DNA of 59,838 bases, the filler included, from Circinaria calcarea (Eukaryota), in NCBI GenBank assembly GCA_051942165.1. It is 8 parts of 8 records of this genome, joined end to end, with 100 filler letters (N's around TTAATTAATTAA, not from the genome) between each part and the next. Parts side by side here need not be neighbours in the genome. Positions count along the whole stretch, not along the records: positions 7,502 to 14,902 come from JAVECS010001340.1; positions 15,003 to 22,401 come from JAVECS010001341.1; positions 22,502 to 29,899 come from JAVECS010001342.1; 5 more parts are not named here. One strand, given 5' to 3'. The notes beneath the pieces were generated by a model. The model did no database searches. It was not told where the DNA came from and was given only the letters and a program-made list of their open reading frames with translations. Positions 11,570 through 24,672 of the stretch are shown one piece after another; the first letter of the stretch is position 1; each line of letters begins with the position of its first letter. A program made the translations under genes and the position numbers.

Positions 11570-13269
11570 TGTGTAATATTCGTAAAACAGAACTGATGAT
11601 GTAGCGGTGAAGGAAGGAAGAAAGAAAGAGTAAAAAGAATGAGTTTAAATATTGATTAATAGCCACCTGGTCGGGCCGCTTATTTAGACGTTAGTCCTAT
11701 TGGGGTAATCAAGTCTATTTGAGTAATTAAGCTAAAAGTATCCTCTCGAACCGGATAATGAAAATGTGATCTAAGATGTCATTAGCTGTAGATGTACGCT
11801 TGGGTGCTGTAGCGGTTGAAGCTTTAGCGGCTGCGGAATATCGCGAGAACTCGATAGATTGAGTAACTTAAGCGAATTTCGAAGGTTTCTAGGGCTAAGC
11901 GGTAGTATAGGTGGGACCGGGTGGTTAGAATATAAGCGGCTCGAACCGAGTAAAATGTAAACGTTCGGGCTTTTCAAGATCAATCCCATCTCCAAATTTC
12001 TCATGGCTTGCAAAGAACACTTCAATATACTCTCTTACTATACTCCGTCTCTGCTCCGTAACAGAACCATATGCAGACGTGGTAATGATTGCTCCCAAGT
12101 GGCCTAAATCCTAGGATTTTAGCTGCAGGGCAAGTTCTAAAGCCATCTTAAATCACCTTCGGCCGGCTGCAAATGGTTTGCTAGTGAGTGAGCGAACCAT
12201 AAATTATCTCCCGGCAAGACATTTTTTTTTTGAGTGTTTGAAAACTTCGATAAGCTGTTGGAAGACAAAATGTCTAGATTAAGCGTGTAGTAACCATCAT
12301 TAGCAAATATAATTATAAAAAAGGTGATTTCAGGAAGACAGCATCCCTAGGGCCTAAGTTAACTTGAAGAAGGCATTGATTGAATCAGAGAGGACAGCGC
12401 AGTGGCGGATGCTTTCGTTGGTACATTTACCAAAGTTGACATCTTTCGGCTGTGGTGAAGAGAACGCCCACTCAGCCAGTATCCACAACAGGTACTACCC
12501 AGTCTTGCTTAAGGCCCAGGCGGAAGCTAATACAAATAGAACAGCTCATATGTAGTCACAACCGAGAGTACACGCATTCACGATCCGAGGTGATAAGATA
12601 AAAAACAAAGAACTGCTGATCCAAACCTATAGGAAGTCCAGCTTCCTTCAGCCCATGTTGTATAACGCGACAGCGGGTCTGCTTTAAGAATACATCCCAG
12701 AGAGCCAACTGGTGCAGCCAGCACTGTAGCGCTCAGCATGTCACAAAGTATATGTAAGCCACAATGCATATGAGGGAGGCAATTCAAATCTCATCCACGG
12801 AAGGGTGGTAGGGAAGGCATTGGTGGATCATTGAGAATTGTTCGAGGCTGTGAAACTGATCCCATTTTCATGATATACTCGAGTCAATCAGGGGAAGAAG
12901 GAGATTTCGAAAGGCAAAAGAAAGCCGTTATATAAGTTACACTGCTTCTTGCTACCCGAGGGCAATTCCAGCCCGGAAAATGTTTTCACCATTACAGCTG
13001 AACATTGAGGGTTCAGAGATATCTTAAAGCCAGAGATGGCGGGGCAAGAAACAAGTGAATTTCTTGATTGCATTCACCCAAACGCTTGAGCGGTTTGATA
13101 TTGATGGGAAAAAAAGACGAAGGAAGAAGGGGAAATGAGGACTATAACATCTAGCCAACACCACCGATTCTTCGAACAGGGAAGCTTGCAATCTCATTTA
13201 TCCACAAGAAATCTGTATAGCCTCATTGTACAGTCTTTCTGTATGCTGGCCAACTCGTATCTTTTCTTT

Positions 13270-14040
13270 ACTCCTTCGTTCTGCGGTATCTCTATAACCT
13301 TGCCGTCGATATAAGTTCGTCAATATCGGTCCGGGGTGCTTCCCTCATGCGTGGATAAACCACCCTACCGTGGTGAAAGCAAGGTCGCCAACTAGGATGA
13401 CAATATTGTAGTTAATTGTACTGACGGTAGTGGGATATACATATGCTGCGGGGACAATCCGTTAGTGAGCCCGCTATATTTAGGGATCCTGGTTGATTCA
13501 TACGAAAGCAGAAGAAGATGTTGAAGAAAATGATGAGTAGCACTGCGGTACCTTTAATGAAACAACCAGCCGAACCCATTCGGAAAGGACCTCGGGGAAT
13601 ATCCTTTCTTCGTGTGAGGATGTAAGGTAAGATAGCTAAGGCGTAGGAGACAGTGGTGAGGATGATGAACTATCCCACAAGGTCGGTAAATGCCGTCTTG
13701 CTGCCAAGTTGGATAGCTGCAAAGGCGATACACAGGATGGCTGGATCTAAGTTAGCGACGTCTACAAGTACGGTCGAAGACTTACCGCAAAGGATAGGAG
13801 CAGATATTGGGCAGCTGAGCCTCTCGTCGACTTTGGAGAAAAGTCCGGAGAAAGGCGTGGTGTTTTCTCTTGCCAGAGCCCACCAAAGACGACCGACCTA
13901 TCAAGCATCAGCTCATGTTCTCATACGCAAGACGCCACGTACGGTCAGGAAAGTGCCGACAACACAAACCATGGTGGAAAGGAAAAGAATCAGGAGTAAG
14001 CTGAATGTGCCACTCTTGTTTCCTGTGGCCTGAGAATATA
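13270..14040 (-). pseudogene. Amino-acid/choline permease (APC, Hnm1/GABA-permease-like) 3' fragment with stops
   Basis: Spliced frame YSQATGNKSGTFSLLLILF..VGRLWWALARENTTPFS..AIQLGSKTAFTDLVG*FIILTTVSY..RGPFRMG..PYVYPTTVSTINY..WFIHA*. Introns retained. No 5' half found before the next gene. Confidence 0.75.
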
Positions 14041-14387
14041 CTAACTTGTCAAATAGGAAAACACACCACTACAGAACATTTATAACCCTCGAGACTGTAA
14101 GAGGATCATCTCATCTGGTCATTACTGAAAGCTTGTTGAGAAACAATGGACTCAAGTCATGCGTTCTCGGCGTTCCGAGTCTCTCATTCTGACCTAAAGC
14201 AGGACATCCCGTTGCAGTAGTCTCGGGAAAGGAAGATACCTCACGACATCGCAATGTACTAGGAACGAGTCCTGGGATGTATAGGGAGTTAGAAAAGGTG
14301 AGAATGAATTCGATTTGTGTACAGTGGAAAACAAAACGCAATATAACCACCACAAGGATATATCCCCCAAACCGTTACCCCTCCAGA

Positions 14388-14902
14388 CTATCGTCCAAAC
14401 CGCCTCCTCTCCACGAATCTCAGCAGTGCATAACTGCAGGCGCTGAACCCAAAGGCGAGCGGAAATCCCACATCCCCTCCAAACAACGGATTCCCAATCT
14501 TCTTCCCAATGGGACCCACAAACCAAACCTGCGCCATTCCCATGACGGCGCCGAAGACGCCAAAGCAGAAGGCGAGAATGGCAGCGATGCCGGGGGGCAA
14601 AAGGGAAGGGGTGGCGTAAATGACAAGGTCGTAGCCGCGGAAGCCACGCTTGAAGAGGAAATGCTCGGTTAGGGAAACGCCTTCGTAAATGGCGAGCCAG
14701 TAGCCCTGTGGAGAATATCAGCGGGAGGTTTCGGGGCATAATGACGAGAAGGGGTGAAAGTCGAGATGGGAAGACGTACGATTAGTAGCATGAAGTGTTC
14801 CAGCACACTTTCGAATTGATTGTATCCTGGAATGGCAATCGCGCAATAGACAAGAGTCCCTACGAACGTCCAGATGAAGCGTGGGACGGATTGCGTCCAG
14901 CG
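14388..14902 (-). CDS. Purine-cytosine permease (NCS1, FCY2-like), C-terminal part
   Basis: VPRFIWTFVGT..AIPGY..FESVLEHFMLLI [intron] GYWLAIYEG..EHF..LPPGIAA..GMAQVWFVGPI..GGDVGFPL..ERRRFGR*. Confidence 0.9.
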
Positions 14903-15002
14903 NNNNNNNNNNNNNNNNNNNNNNNNNNNNNNNNNNNNNNNNNNNNTTAATTAATTAANNNNNNNNNNNNNNNNNNNNNNNNNNNNNNNNNNNNNNNNNN
15001 NN
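14903..15002. other. Artificial contig linker
   Basis: N44-TTAATTAATTAA-N44. Confidence 0.98.
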
Positions 15003-15090
15003 TGAGAGTATCGTCGACATCGAAGAGGCAGATTGTGTTTTTGATGGGCCGGTCGGCTAAGGGGGGGTAGACGCTCGCAGCTTCGGTCAT
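15003..15090 (-). CDS. PMM1: Phosphomannomutase, N-terminal fragment
   Basis: MTEAASVYPPLADRPIKNTICLFDVDDTL matches the fungal PMM/Sec53 N-terminus with the HAD DxD motif. Cut by the linker. Confidence 0.8.
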
Positions 15091-15798
15091 GACGGGCGGG
15101 TGGGTTAAAGGATATTATGAAAAAGGGAAGCTTGAAGTGGTTGACTTTGACGAATAATTGGTCTATGGGATTGGAATGTTTATCAATTAATTTGAAAAAT
15201 GGAGGTGGAGGGAACTACGAGATAGCCGTTAAAACGGTGGAACCTATGGGGGCCCTAGCGCGGGATATTTAAGGGTTAGGTACTATAAATAAAATGAAAT
15301 GCATGTAAATACTTGTTCGTTTTCCCTCAATTTGATCTTTGCATGTCTCCTTGCGATCATGTCCTCCAACAAAGCTAAGAGGCTACCAACACATTCCATA
15401 GGAGGGGAAAGTTTATACGCACAGATGTGCCTCTAAAGGCCACATCTCGGCCACGTAGCGATTTAGAGATGAAAAATCTCCGAGGAACCTGGAGCGATAT
15501 CGTGGTAAAGCTATATTATGTAATCCTAACACATTGAGCGCATATTGCTTGGACTAATTTATTAGGACGTCTGATTAGGGTGATTGCTGCTTGCGCAATG
15601 ACTCTTGGAGCACATTGAGAAGAGTGCTGATGGGGTATATACAGCTCATAAGAAATAGTTGACATATACAACTGGAACCCCGAAACGCTACAGATGTCCT
15701 GCCAACGCCGTTCTTTTATGCACTCCCCCAGGCCAAACGATTAGAAGACTGTTATGCAAGGTGATAGCATACGTCACCATGATACCCTGCTAACTCTT

Positions 15799-17865
15799 TC
15801 AAGCTGCGGCTGCTTCAATTTTCTTTCCTTTGACAGATTTCCATTCGAAAAGCACGGCGCCAAGAGCGCTTAGACACGCCAGAACAAGCGCGATTTGGAA
15901 GGTCTTCGTAAGGGCTGCATTGTAGGCAACCAATACGGTTGGAAGATCTTGAGGGCGGACTATGTTCTTCAAGCCCGTTGCACCAGCGGAGACAATCTCA
16001 TCTGGTCTTACGTCGGGAAGTGCGGCAGCTAGATTCGAGACCAACTTGTTGTTGAAAATATTCGAGCCAACAGATACGAACAGAGCACCACCCAAGAGCT
16101 GAATGAACAGAAGTGCTGCTGTCCCGATTGGAATATCCTCAAGCTTCAGGACGGTCTGAGCGGCAATGACAGGCTGCTGAAACCCAAGACCTGTTCCGAA
16201 TCCAAACAAAACTTGGTACCCGATCCACTTGCCGGGCCCAGATTCGGGAGTGAGCGTTGTGAGAAGGCCCGCGCCGATAGACATAAGTACCACAGAGCCG
16301 TATACGAAGGGCGTATAATATCCGAGTTTAGTCGTCAGCACACCGGAGCCGATCACCATGATAACTTGCCCGAGGATGAGAGGAAGGTTTCTAATCCCAG
16401 AACCTGTCGCAGATGTTCCCTGGATCGCTTGGAACCTGAAGAATTGTAAGTAAACACCGTACCCCCTAACAAATAAACATTCCAATTGTACGCACCAAAT
16501 CGGGAGGTAGTAAATCAATATGAAAAAAGCACCACCTAGAGCAACAGCAAACCATGCCCCGCCTATCATGGTGCGCTGGTTCATGATCCGAAGTGGTACC
16601 GTCGCGTTCTCCCCTTTCCAGACTTGAACGGCCAAAAATCCAATCAGAAGTAAGCCGGCCAAGATGAACAGAGCAATGATTCTACCATTTGACCAGGCAT
16701 ATGTGGTTCCACCCCACTGCAATGCGAGTAGTAGGCAAATAATTGCGGGAATGAAAAGGACTGTTCCAATGGGGTCAAACTGCTTGAGGCGTGCATTGAA
16801 TCCTACTGCGGCTTCCTTTGCTCTAGGTGGAGACTTGAAAAAGATCGTTATAACTGCGAAGGTCAAAGCACCGATTGGGAGGTTTATGTAAAAGCCTTAA
16901 GAACGGGCTATGAGCGACTATCAATACAGGGTTGGAGAAGTCGAACTTACACCACCTCCAGCTTACGTGGTCGGTAAAGGCACCCCCCATTAGGGGTCCA
17001 GCAACTGAGGCAATTCCGTACATGCCGCCTATCAAACCTAGGGTCATCCTTTAGCATAAGTCATCTAGCAGCATTAGTATCCACTTACTCATATAAGTTG
17101 GTCTCTCCTCGAGAGCGACGCTGTATGAAATGATGGTTAGAGCACCTTGGAATATGCCGGCAGATCCTAAACCAGCAACCGCTCGGCCAATGATCAAAGT
17201 TATCGAATTAGGCGCAACACCGCAGATCAGGGAGCCGAGCTCGAAGATTACAATTGCGATAAGAAACACCCATTTGATGCTAAAGAACGTGTAAAATTTC
17301 CCGAATAACAGTTGTAAGGCGCACGTCGTGAGAAGATATGCCGATGCGTACCATCCCACGTCCTCCAGCGCCTTAAATTGATCGGTTATCCTTGGAATAG
17401 CGGTGGCTATGATGGTATTATCCTACCCAAGGGTAAGCAATGGGTCGTTGAGCTGTCAATGATCTTCCAAAAACCTACCAAGGCGACAAGGAAAACGGCA
17501 AAACAGAGAGCGAGCACGATGACTGCAAGCTTGATGCCTTTTGGGTAATTTGCCTCGATGCTCCGTTCAAGTGCTGGATTTTGGTCCGCTGACACCGCGG
17601 CCGGGTCTCCAGCCAGATCCTTGACGTGAGGCAGACTGCTTTCTGATGATACTGCCGCTGTTTCTTTGTCCATATCTTTGACCGAAGGGGTACTGTACGT
17701 CGATGGAGGATTGGAGACAGCAACGCCAGCTTCTTTATCTTTATCTGCAAGATGCTTGGAGCTATTTCGACTAGGGACTGCAGTGGTGGCCGGCGTCAAC
17801 TCAATATCACCCACCGCAAGGCCATAACCGGGAGGTTCCATGGTTGGAGAAGGTTTGGACAACAT
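15799..17865 (-). CDS. MFS DHA2 (14-TM) drug/toxin efflux pump, AflT/ToxA-like, multi-exon
   Basis: Exons give [70 protein letters not shown] and WKSVK. Alternative start at 17841. Confidence 0.92.
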
Positions 17866-18860
17866 GAGGGAGGAGTTAGGCAGGGACACGTGAAGATTGC
17901 AGAAAAGAAAGTAGTATCAGTAAACAAAGGAGTGATAGGAGAAGGTGTCTTGACTTTATTCAAGGCATCTATTATGATGCGTCGATTCAGACCCGATGAG
18001 TTACCAGTACGCATGCGGCTCTAGCCCGGTTCGTCCTTCGGCCTTAAGAGATCTCCGTGCGCCGAAACGATCCTGGAAGCGGAAAGGATGAAGAATGGCA
18101 CAGCCCGTGCCCGGGAAACTGAACGTCGGACCCATTGGTGAATGGCCCAGCAAGACTCCTTTATCCCTGCTTAGCGGCTACTCTATTCGACCCGGCCAAT
18201 GTTTGATAAGATGAGAATCCGCCCAGTCCGATTTACACGTGTGTTTTCGGGAACTTTCTGCCCCATTTACGATGCCAGCGACACGGACTTACGGGAACAA
18301 ATCACCTCCGTCGCTTACAGCATCATCGCAGCCCAATCTCGATGAGTCATGGACAACCAGCAGTCACCGGCGGCGGCTGATTGACTCGTCCACCACCGAT
18401 TGTTGGAGTTAATGCTTTACTACTAAAGGCTTGCCTTGACCGCCCATGGAACACGACCTGCAGTCGAGCAAAGGGAACGGTACTCTCTCATAGTCTCTGG
18501 TGAGTCAACCTGCAGACTTGGTCGCGCGAGATGATAATGCGATGCGATGCCAATGAACCGCTGGAGACCAAAGGATGCCGCCGGATGCAGTAACGATTCC
18601 GCTCAGGTCGTGACGGAGATCGTGGAGCTCTTGTACGAGGGTATTGCCTGGGTAGAATAAATGCAATTCATTGCGGGAGTCTGGAGACCGCTCACACAAT
18701 ATGGAGCGTTCGTGCAGGGGACAGGCTTCATTTTCGGACACCGAAATTAGACATGCTTGGCTCTTCGTCAATATCTAGAGCGCATGCATGTTTGACACAA
18801 TAGGCTTATGATGAATGGACCGTTGATCTTCTATCTGACGCTCGAGATAATACCTAATAG

Positions 18861-21800
18861 TCAAAAAACACTATTAATTATAACCGGCCCATATTTACGC
18901 ACCCCTCCATAAGCCGCTTCTCCCTGAACCATAAAGTCGGCTGCTAGGCTGAGCTTGCCGCCCCCATGGCTCATATCAGTCCTTCCAAACGTCCCCTGGA
19001 CGACTTCGGGATCGTAGGCCACAATGGCCACGTAGTTCCTCCTACCCATGAGCTTCTTGTTCTCCCTGGGCCTGCCATCCGGCTCTTCGGGGAAGATCTC
19101 CATCATGTCTTCTTTGGTGTCGCTCGGCTGGTTGGTCGACCTGTGCCCGTTGGCTGGAACGTAAAGTTGCTTTTGGTTATGCAGAATTTTCAGGACATAA
19201 GATGGCGGAGGGGTATTGACAACTGAGGACGATATGAGTTGGTACATTGTCTTATGGTCGGATGGCCGACTGGGATCATGCACAAGGCCAGCACCGCAAC
19301 AATCGACAGCGCCAGAAAGAAAGGTCATACGGATGGACCTTTGACGTGCGATCCCTTGCAAAGTCCGGATAAGATAAGTCCTCTCGAGATCCTGCCATTC
19401 GCGTTAGAAAGGAGACCAACGTTTAGAATTTATCAGCCCACTTTAGATTCGTGAGTCCACTGATCTCTCAGCTCATCAAGCACGTCAATGTCGCCAAATG
19501 GACTCAATATCCCGCCCATCAATCCGGTCTTGCCAACAGCTCTCTTAACTGAATCAAAGCCACTACCAACTACCCCTTTCGCCCCGACGACGCCTGCCAC
19601 TGAACTTGTCATTTTGCCCATGAGATTGTAAGCCCCGGTAACCGCTTTCTTGCCTGTGGCTATTGTATGGGCAACTTGCTCGGCTGCTTCCAGTCTTGGA
19701 TAGATAACTGGAACTGAGATCATCCAAATACAATGCTGCACACTAGGGGGCAGCGTAGCAACTTTTGGGAACAAGCCTTGATACGTTGGTCCTGCCATAA
19801 CCTGGTGTGGATTTCTCTCTGAACGACAATCAGGTCCAACGACAACTACCGCCGGTCCTAGAAACTTGATGAAGTGCCAACCAGTGCCCGTGATCGTGAA
19901 GATATCGACGTCGGTGCTAACGTTTCGGAGTATCTCGAGTGACGTATGATGCTGGAATAGAAGATACATTTCTATACCGATACGGCCTATATTTTTGAAC
20001 ATATTGGAAAACTGCATGTACTCGGGATAAGAGCCGAATCCATCAAATCTGCACCAAATTAGCTTGTGAGTTTCGTTGAATAACCGGAGACTCACATATC
20101 ATGATCATCAATCTGTAAAACATGTGGTATCTGCGCAAAAGCTTCCCTCAAGTAGGGCTGATCAAAGTGACTAGTATAGTAGTGGAAGTAAGCATGGGAG
20201 ACGTCCTCTTCGTGTCTCGCAGTCCATTGCGCATTCTTCCTGTTTTCTTTTCCACTCATAGCAAGCCACTGTTTGAGGAGCGGTATTTCCCTCCATAGTC
20301 TATCCGCATATATTTGATTACCCAAGCCTAGTTGAGTATGAAATCCACCACATTCGACATGCTTTGCCATGATATCCTTCCACATATAGCCAATGCCCCC
20401 AAGTCGAGATCGTTCGTTGGCACTCACATTAAGAGAGAAGTCATTGCCTGATGTAGCAATGAAGCGCCAGTTGGTTTCGTGACGGCCAGCGACAAGGAAT
20501 TCATAGCGGGTGCAACCAAGATGGGAGGTGATTGCATAAGTCCACTTCGTACTTCCTTCTTCCTCCATCGAAAGGTCAATATCGTATCTGTAAAATGTCC
20601 ATCGCTGATGTTGGGATATTGAGCTCGCCTTAAGCTGTCTTGGATTTGGCGACAAATCTGTACTTTGATGGATATGGATGGTGGGTGGCTGCGGCGCATC
20701 TGTAACAAGTAGTATGGAGCCTAGCCACAAGTTTCTCTCTATATCCATATTGGTATATCTTAGATACGGTCCAAAATACACCCCATTGGTTGGGGCGACC
20801 TTGTATACCTCAACACCACTAGATGGCGGGGGACCTGAGAAGCCCGATAACGTTGGGGCGGTCGATTGGAAACTCATCACACTTTCTGCGTATCCTGGAG
20901 TTGACGGTTGGAACCCTGGTGAAGCAAGGGGCTTCCCTCCAAATCCACTAAGGCCCGGGGAAGCCAAAGGGTTTCCCCCATAGACACTGACAGACGGTGA
21001 TAAAGGTTCGTTGAGGTTGAGGGGAGTCGGTCCTTTAGGAAACTCCCATTGTGTGGATTGAGTTTGCAGGTGAATATAGTAGTACTGACCTGAATTCGGA
21101 TCAAGATGAGCAATCCATCCTTCAGGTAAGGGGGGAGGCGATGCTGGCCCCGCACCCGGATGGTTAGGTGAGGCATTCGCATACTGACGGGTTATCACAG
21201 AGTGACTTCGTCCTGGCTGAGGCGAGGGCTCGCGCCGTTGTGAGGATTCATTGGCAAATGCTGGGTGATTCTGGTTCCGTACATCTTCATGTAATGCAGC
21301 TCCAGCGGCTAAGCCAGCCCCTGCACCAACTGCTATTGGTGCGAGCCTGTGGTTCTGTTTCTCAATCGGATAGCCTTGGGCTGTCGTCTGTCCAGACGGT
21401 CTCCCTTGTGATACACTTGAGTATGCTGGCGGTGGTGATCCGGAAACTTGCATGCGCTGAAAATCTTGTTCTATAGATGATGGAGCAGGTGACCTTCCTG
21501 GTTGGGTGATCGGAGACGTCTGTGCACCGTGACTGGACGGTAATGCGGCTGGGGGTGATGTAGGTGCTTCACCTGGACCTTGGTATATTGTTGGGGGCCC
21601 ATGAGGCTGACTCCCAGGTAACTCGGTAGGTGTCCATGGTCTCCTTGGTTGATCTTGCCCCTGCTGGGCTTGAGCTGCCAAGGCTTGCCCCCGTATGGAT
21701 TGTTGTGGATACTGGTTGGCTCTTTGTGTAGCTGCTGCACTTTGGGCTTGTAAGCCGGTGAGATTTGATGCCCCTGCTATTCCTGCAGCTGCGTATCGCG

Positions 21801-22146
21801 CCTCAATACCACCCCCGTGTGGGTCATCATGTGAGATTATCGGTGTTTCAGGTGGCGGAGGAGAGCCTCGCTGCGCTCTTGTCGTCGAGGTTGACGCTGT
21901 GGAACTCAGCCTGTTAACAGAACTAGGGTTTGGTACATGAAGACCACTTGAAGCGGCGGGTCCTGCCGGAGCAGCTTCTGGGGGTGGATAGTATTGCTGG
22001 CGGTAGTCTGGGTATGAATCTACTGCGCTGTTATACGGCTGATGAGGCTGAGACGATGTGTTGGCGGGAGGGCTACCTATCCGATGCGGTAGCCTCTGAA
22101 AAAGACCTTCCTTATCAGGGGTCTCCGGGCCTGGCGAGTCAGGCAA
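18861..22146 (-). CDS. WW-domain plus PhoD-like (alkaline phosphatase D fold) protein, 3 exons
   Basis: Pro/Gln-rich N-terminus, WW domain LPEGWIAHLDPNSGQYYYIHLQTQSTQWEFP, and PhoD-like region FGPYLRY, GNQIYAD, DDHDIFDGFGSY, DCRSER and DELRDQWTH. Confidence 0.85.
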
Positions 22147-22401
22147 TGGCTTTGGTATGTTGCCTCTCCGTTCCGCTAGTCTCGAAGTCGTATGCTGCTG
22201 CTGGCCCTCATGTCCGATGTGTGTTTGCCCTTCGCGCCCATCCCTTGGCCGTAATGCAGAAGGATATTCTGGTATGCCGGCTCTACTTGGATCCGCTGAT
22301 GTCGAATGTGCGGATGAAGACGAGCTGTAAACTGGCGAAGTCCTCCCTTGCTCAGCAGCTTCGAAGCGATCGGGATATGGTAAATGACCGGCACGACTAG
22401 T

Positions 22402-22501
22402 NNNNNNNNNNNNNNNNNNNNNNNNNNNNNNNNNNNNNNNNNNNNTTAATTAATTAANNNNNNNNNNNNNNNNNNNNNNNNNNNNNNNNNNNNNNNNNNN
22501 N
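22402..22501. other. Artificial contig linker
   Basis: N44-TTAATTAATTAA-N44. Confidence 0.98.
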
Positions 22502-23343
22502 CCACGCTTCTCCGTACAGTTGTTCGGGATCACCGTCCGACTTAGGTGGATCCCTGAAGGGCTGTACCTCATCGGGACAGCCAATGGCGGGATTGCATCG
22601 TAGGTTAACATAGCCATGCTCTCGAACAGTATCAAGACGCAAGCTGTTGATCGAAGCGACGTTGTCGTAGTTCGCGGCATCGGTATGCCATGCTTGCGGA
22701 TAGCCCTTCCGGTGGCTGTGGAGGAAGACGATGATGTCGGGAAGATTGTGGTAATTCTCAATGATATAAGTGAGATAGACGTTAGCTTCCCGGCCCTTGT
22801 TCCGCGCAGTGTGGAGAGTGGCGCTGGTGTTTTCAACGGTATAGATTGCCCTTTGCCATCTACCTACCATCAGCCAATACCAAGCCGAATCGGGTCTTAT
22901 TGGGATTACTCAGGCAGGTTGTTCTCTACCCATGACGTGTCTTCGGATCCTAATCTGGCCATGACAATAATCTTGCTAGAAGGTGTTGGGCTTGGCTGCA
23001 GAGCGGTTCTCTCTGTTGGCATTGGATCTACACTTTGTACCGGGGTTTTCGACGTTATGAGGGTGGATCTAGCAAACATAGACACTTCATTTGGGGATTC
23101 GGGAACTCTGACTGATGCAGGAGCTGTTGGTGATTTGTTGACCGAGATTTCCGATAATAGGAAAGACGTCGACGAGGAGGGAATCCTTGATTCTTCTGTA
23201 GCTGACTGAGGCCTGCCTCCACGAAGGAAAGCTGGCCATGAGCTGGGTGTCCATGACCTGTCGATATTATAGAGACTGAGGTATACTAAGCCTGTAATGA
23301 CGAGAGCTGAGAGAGCAATGAAATAACGAGATGAAAACCTCAT
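22502..23343 (-). CDS. DUF3431 family protein (N-terminal membrane anchor), 3'-truncated
   Basis: IIVMARLGSEDTSWV [intron] WQRAIYTV..NKGREANVYLTYIIENYHNLPDIIVFLHSHR..WH..GYVNLRC..GCP. Confidence 0.88.
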
Positions 23344-24672
23344 AACATTCTCCCAAAAATCATTAAGAAGTACTTACAGATCGCAGATGGAAAACATGAC
23401 GGGATTGAGATGAAAAGAGATTGAGACAACATTCCAGTTCTATCTGACAACATGCTTGCAATAGGAGACAACATTCCAGTCTTCCCTCAGAAGACCTTCA
23501 GATTGAATATATTGAAAACCTAACCTCATACCAGAACCGGAACATTGGATTGAGATAACGTTCCAGTTGTATCCTAATACTAATAGCAAAAAGGGCGCAA
23601 AGCACAGGGATTTTGCAAGACTAAAAGCCGGTCCCTTTATACCGTAGCCAGTCAAACTCCCGGAGCTGAGCCACGAATACCGCGCCGCTCCAATGAGGCA
23701 GCAGATTCGATCCGGAGCCTTCGGATTCTTAAAGAGAGGAGATGATGAATTCATCGACTTTCATGTCATTGGTAACTTGAAAGTAGGTCGATAATAGCAT
23801 CACTAGTTAGACTGTGTGCCAAGAGTAGGGGGCATCGTTACTAGCGCAGGAACGTGCGTACAGAGCGGGTTAATCAACCACCGTAATCGCGCATACGTTA
23901 GCTCTGCTCTTCCATGTCAGCGTAGTACCGAAATTATTTGCCTGTCCCAGTTCCAGTTCGGCAGGATATAACAAACCGAATCGCCTTAACACTAAATGCT
24001 ACCCTCTGCCTCGCTGTCAGCCAAGCCCACGGACCTTTCTCGGGAATTTCCATCCATACCTTATTTTTACTTCTCAGCTCTACGCCGTCGGCATACCGAG
24101 GACCAACTCCCGTAGTCCGTAACTATCATCTCCCTCTAAGGCATGCGGCTCTCCCCGTGCTGCTTGCCAGCCCCTTTCGGGCACAATGTCGATAATTATA
24201 CATGCATTTCCAGAGTTTGAGAACATTCTGTGAGTCTTGTCTAAAGTTGAAACGGAAGAGTCATTGCGGATTTTGATGTTGCAGGTATTGGAACGCCATT
24301 TCCACAAATTTGAAGCACGGTATTGCAGTGAAGTACTCACTTGTTTTCGCTACTGGCAGTGAATAACTAGCCACCCACCACCTCCTATACAGCATAATGG
24401 GTTACGGGTAGTCATTTCGATCCATTCATAACATGTGCGTGTTTGGAAGTAAGTAGTCAATTTGCCATGCTTGTATCGGTGGGTCCGAACACCACCACAA
24501 CCTCAGTTTACACTCTGATAGCGTATAGGTAGGTCTGAAGTTGACCTCCAGTACTTCAAATAGGCTATCGAATCATCTCTGTATTACTTAGCGCATCAAT
24601 AAAACCTGAACAGATTGGTTACCCCTGAGTCCATTGAGACTTTACAGGTCCTAATGTACATACTATGACAAA

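Noticed and set aside
15003..15030. PMM motif DVDDT instead of DVDGT
   Set aside because: Both catalytic Asp residues are intact, and I recall this position varying in fungal PMMs.
15799..17865. MFS pump as a sign of a secondary-metabolite cluster
   Set aside because: Its neighbours are PMM and WW-PhoD. No biosynthetic gene lies on the contig.
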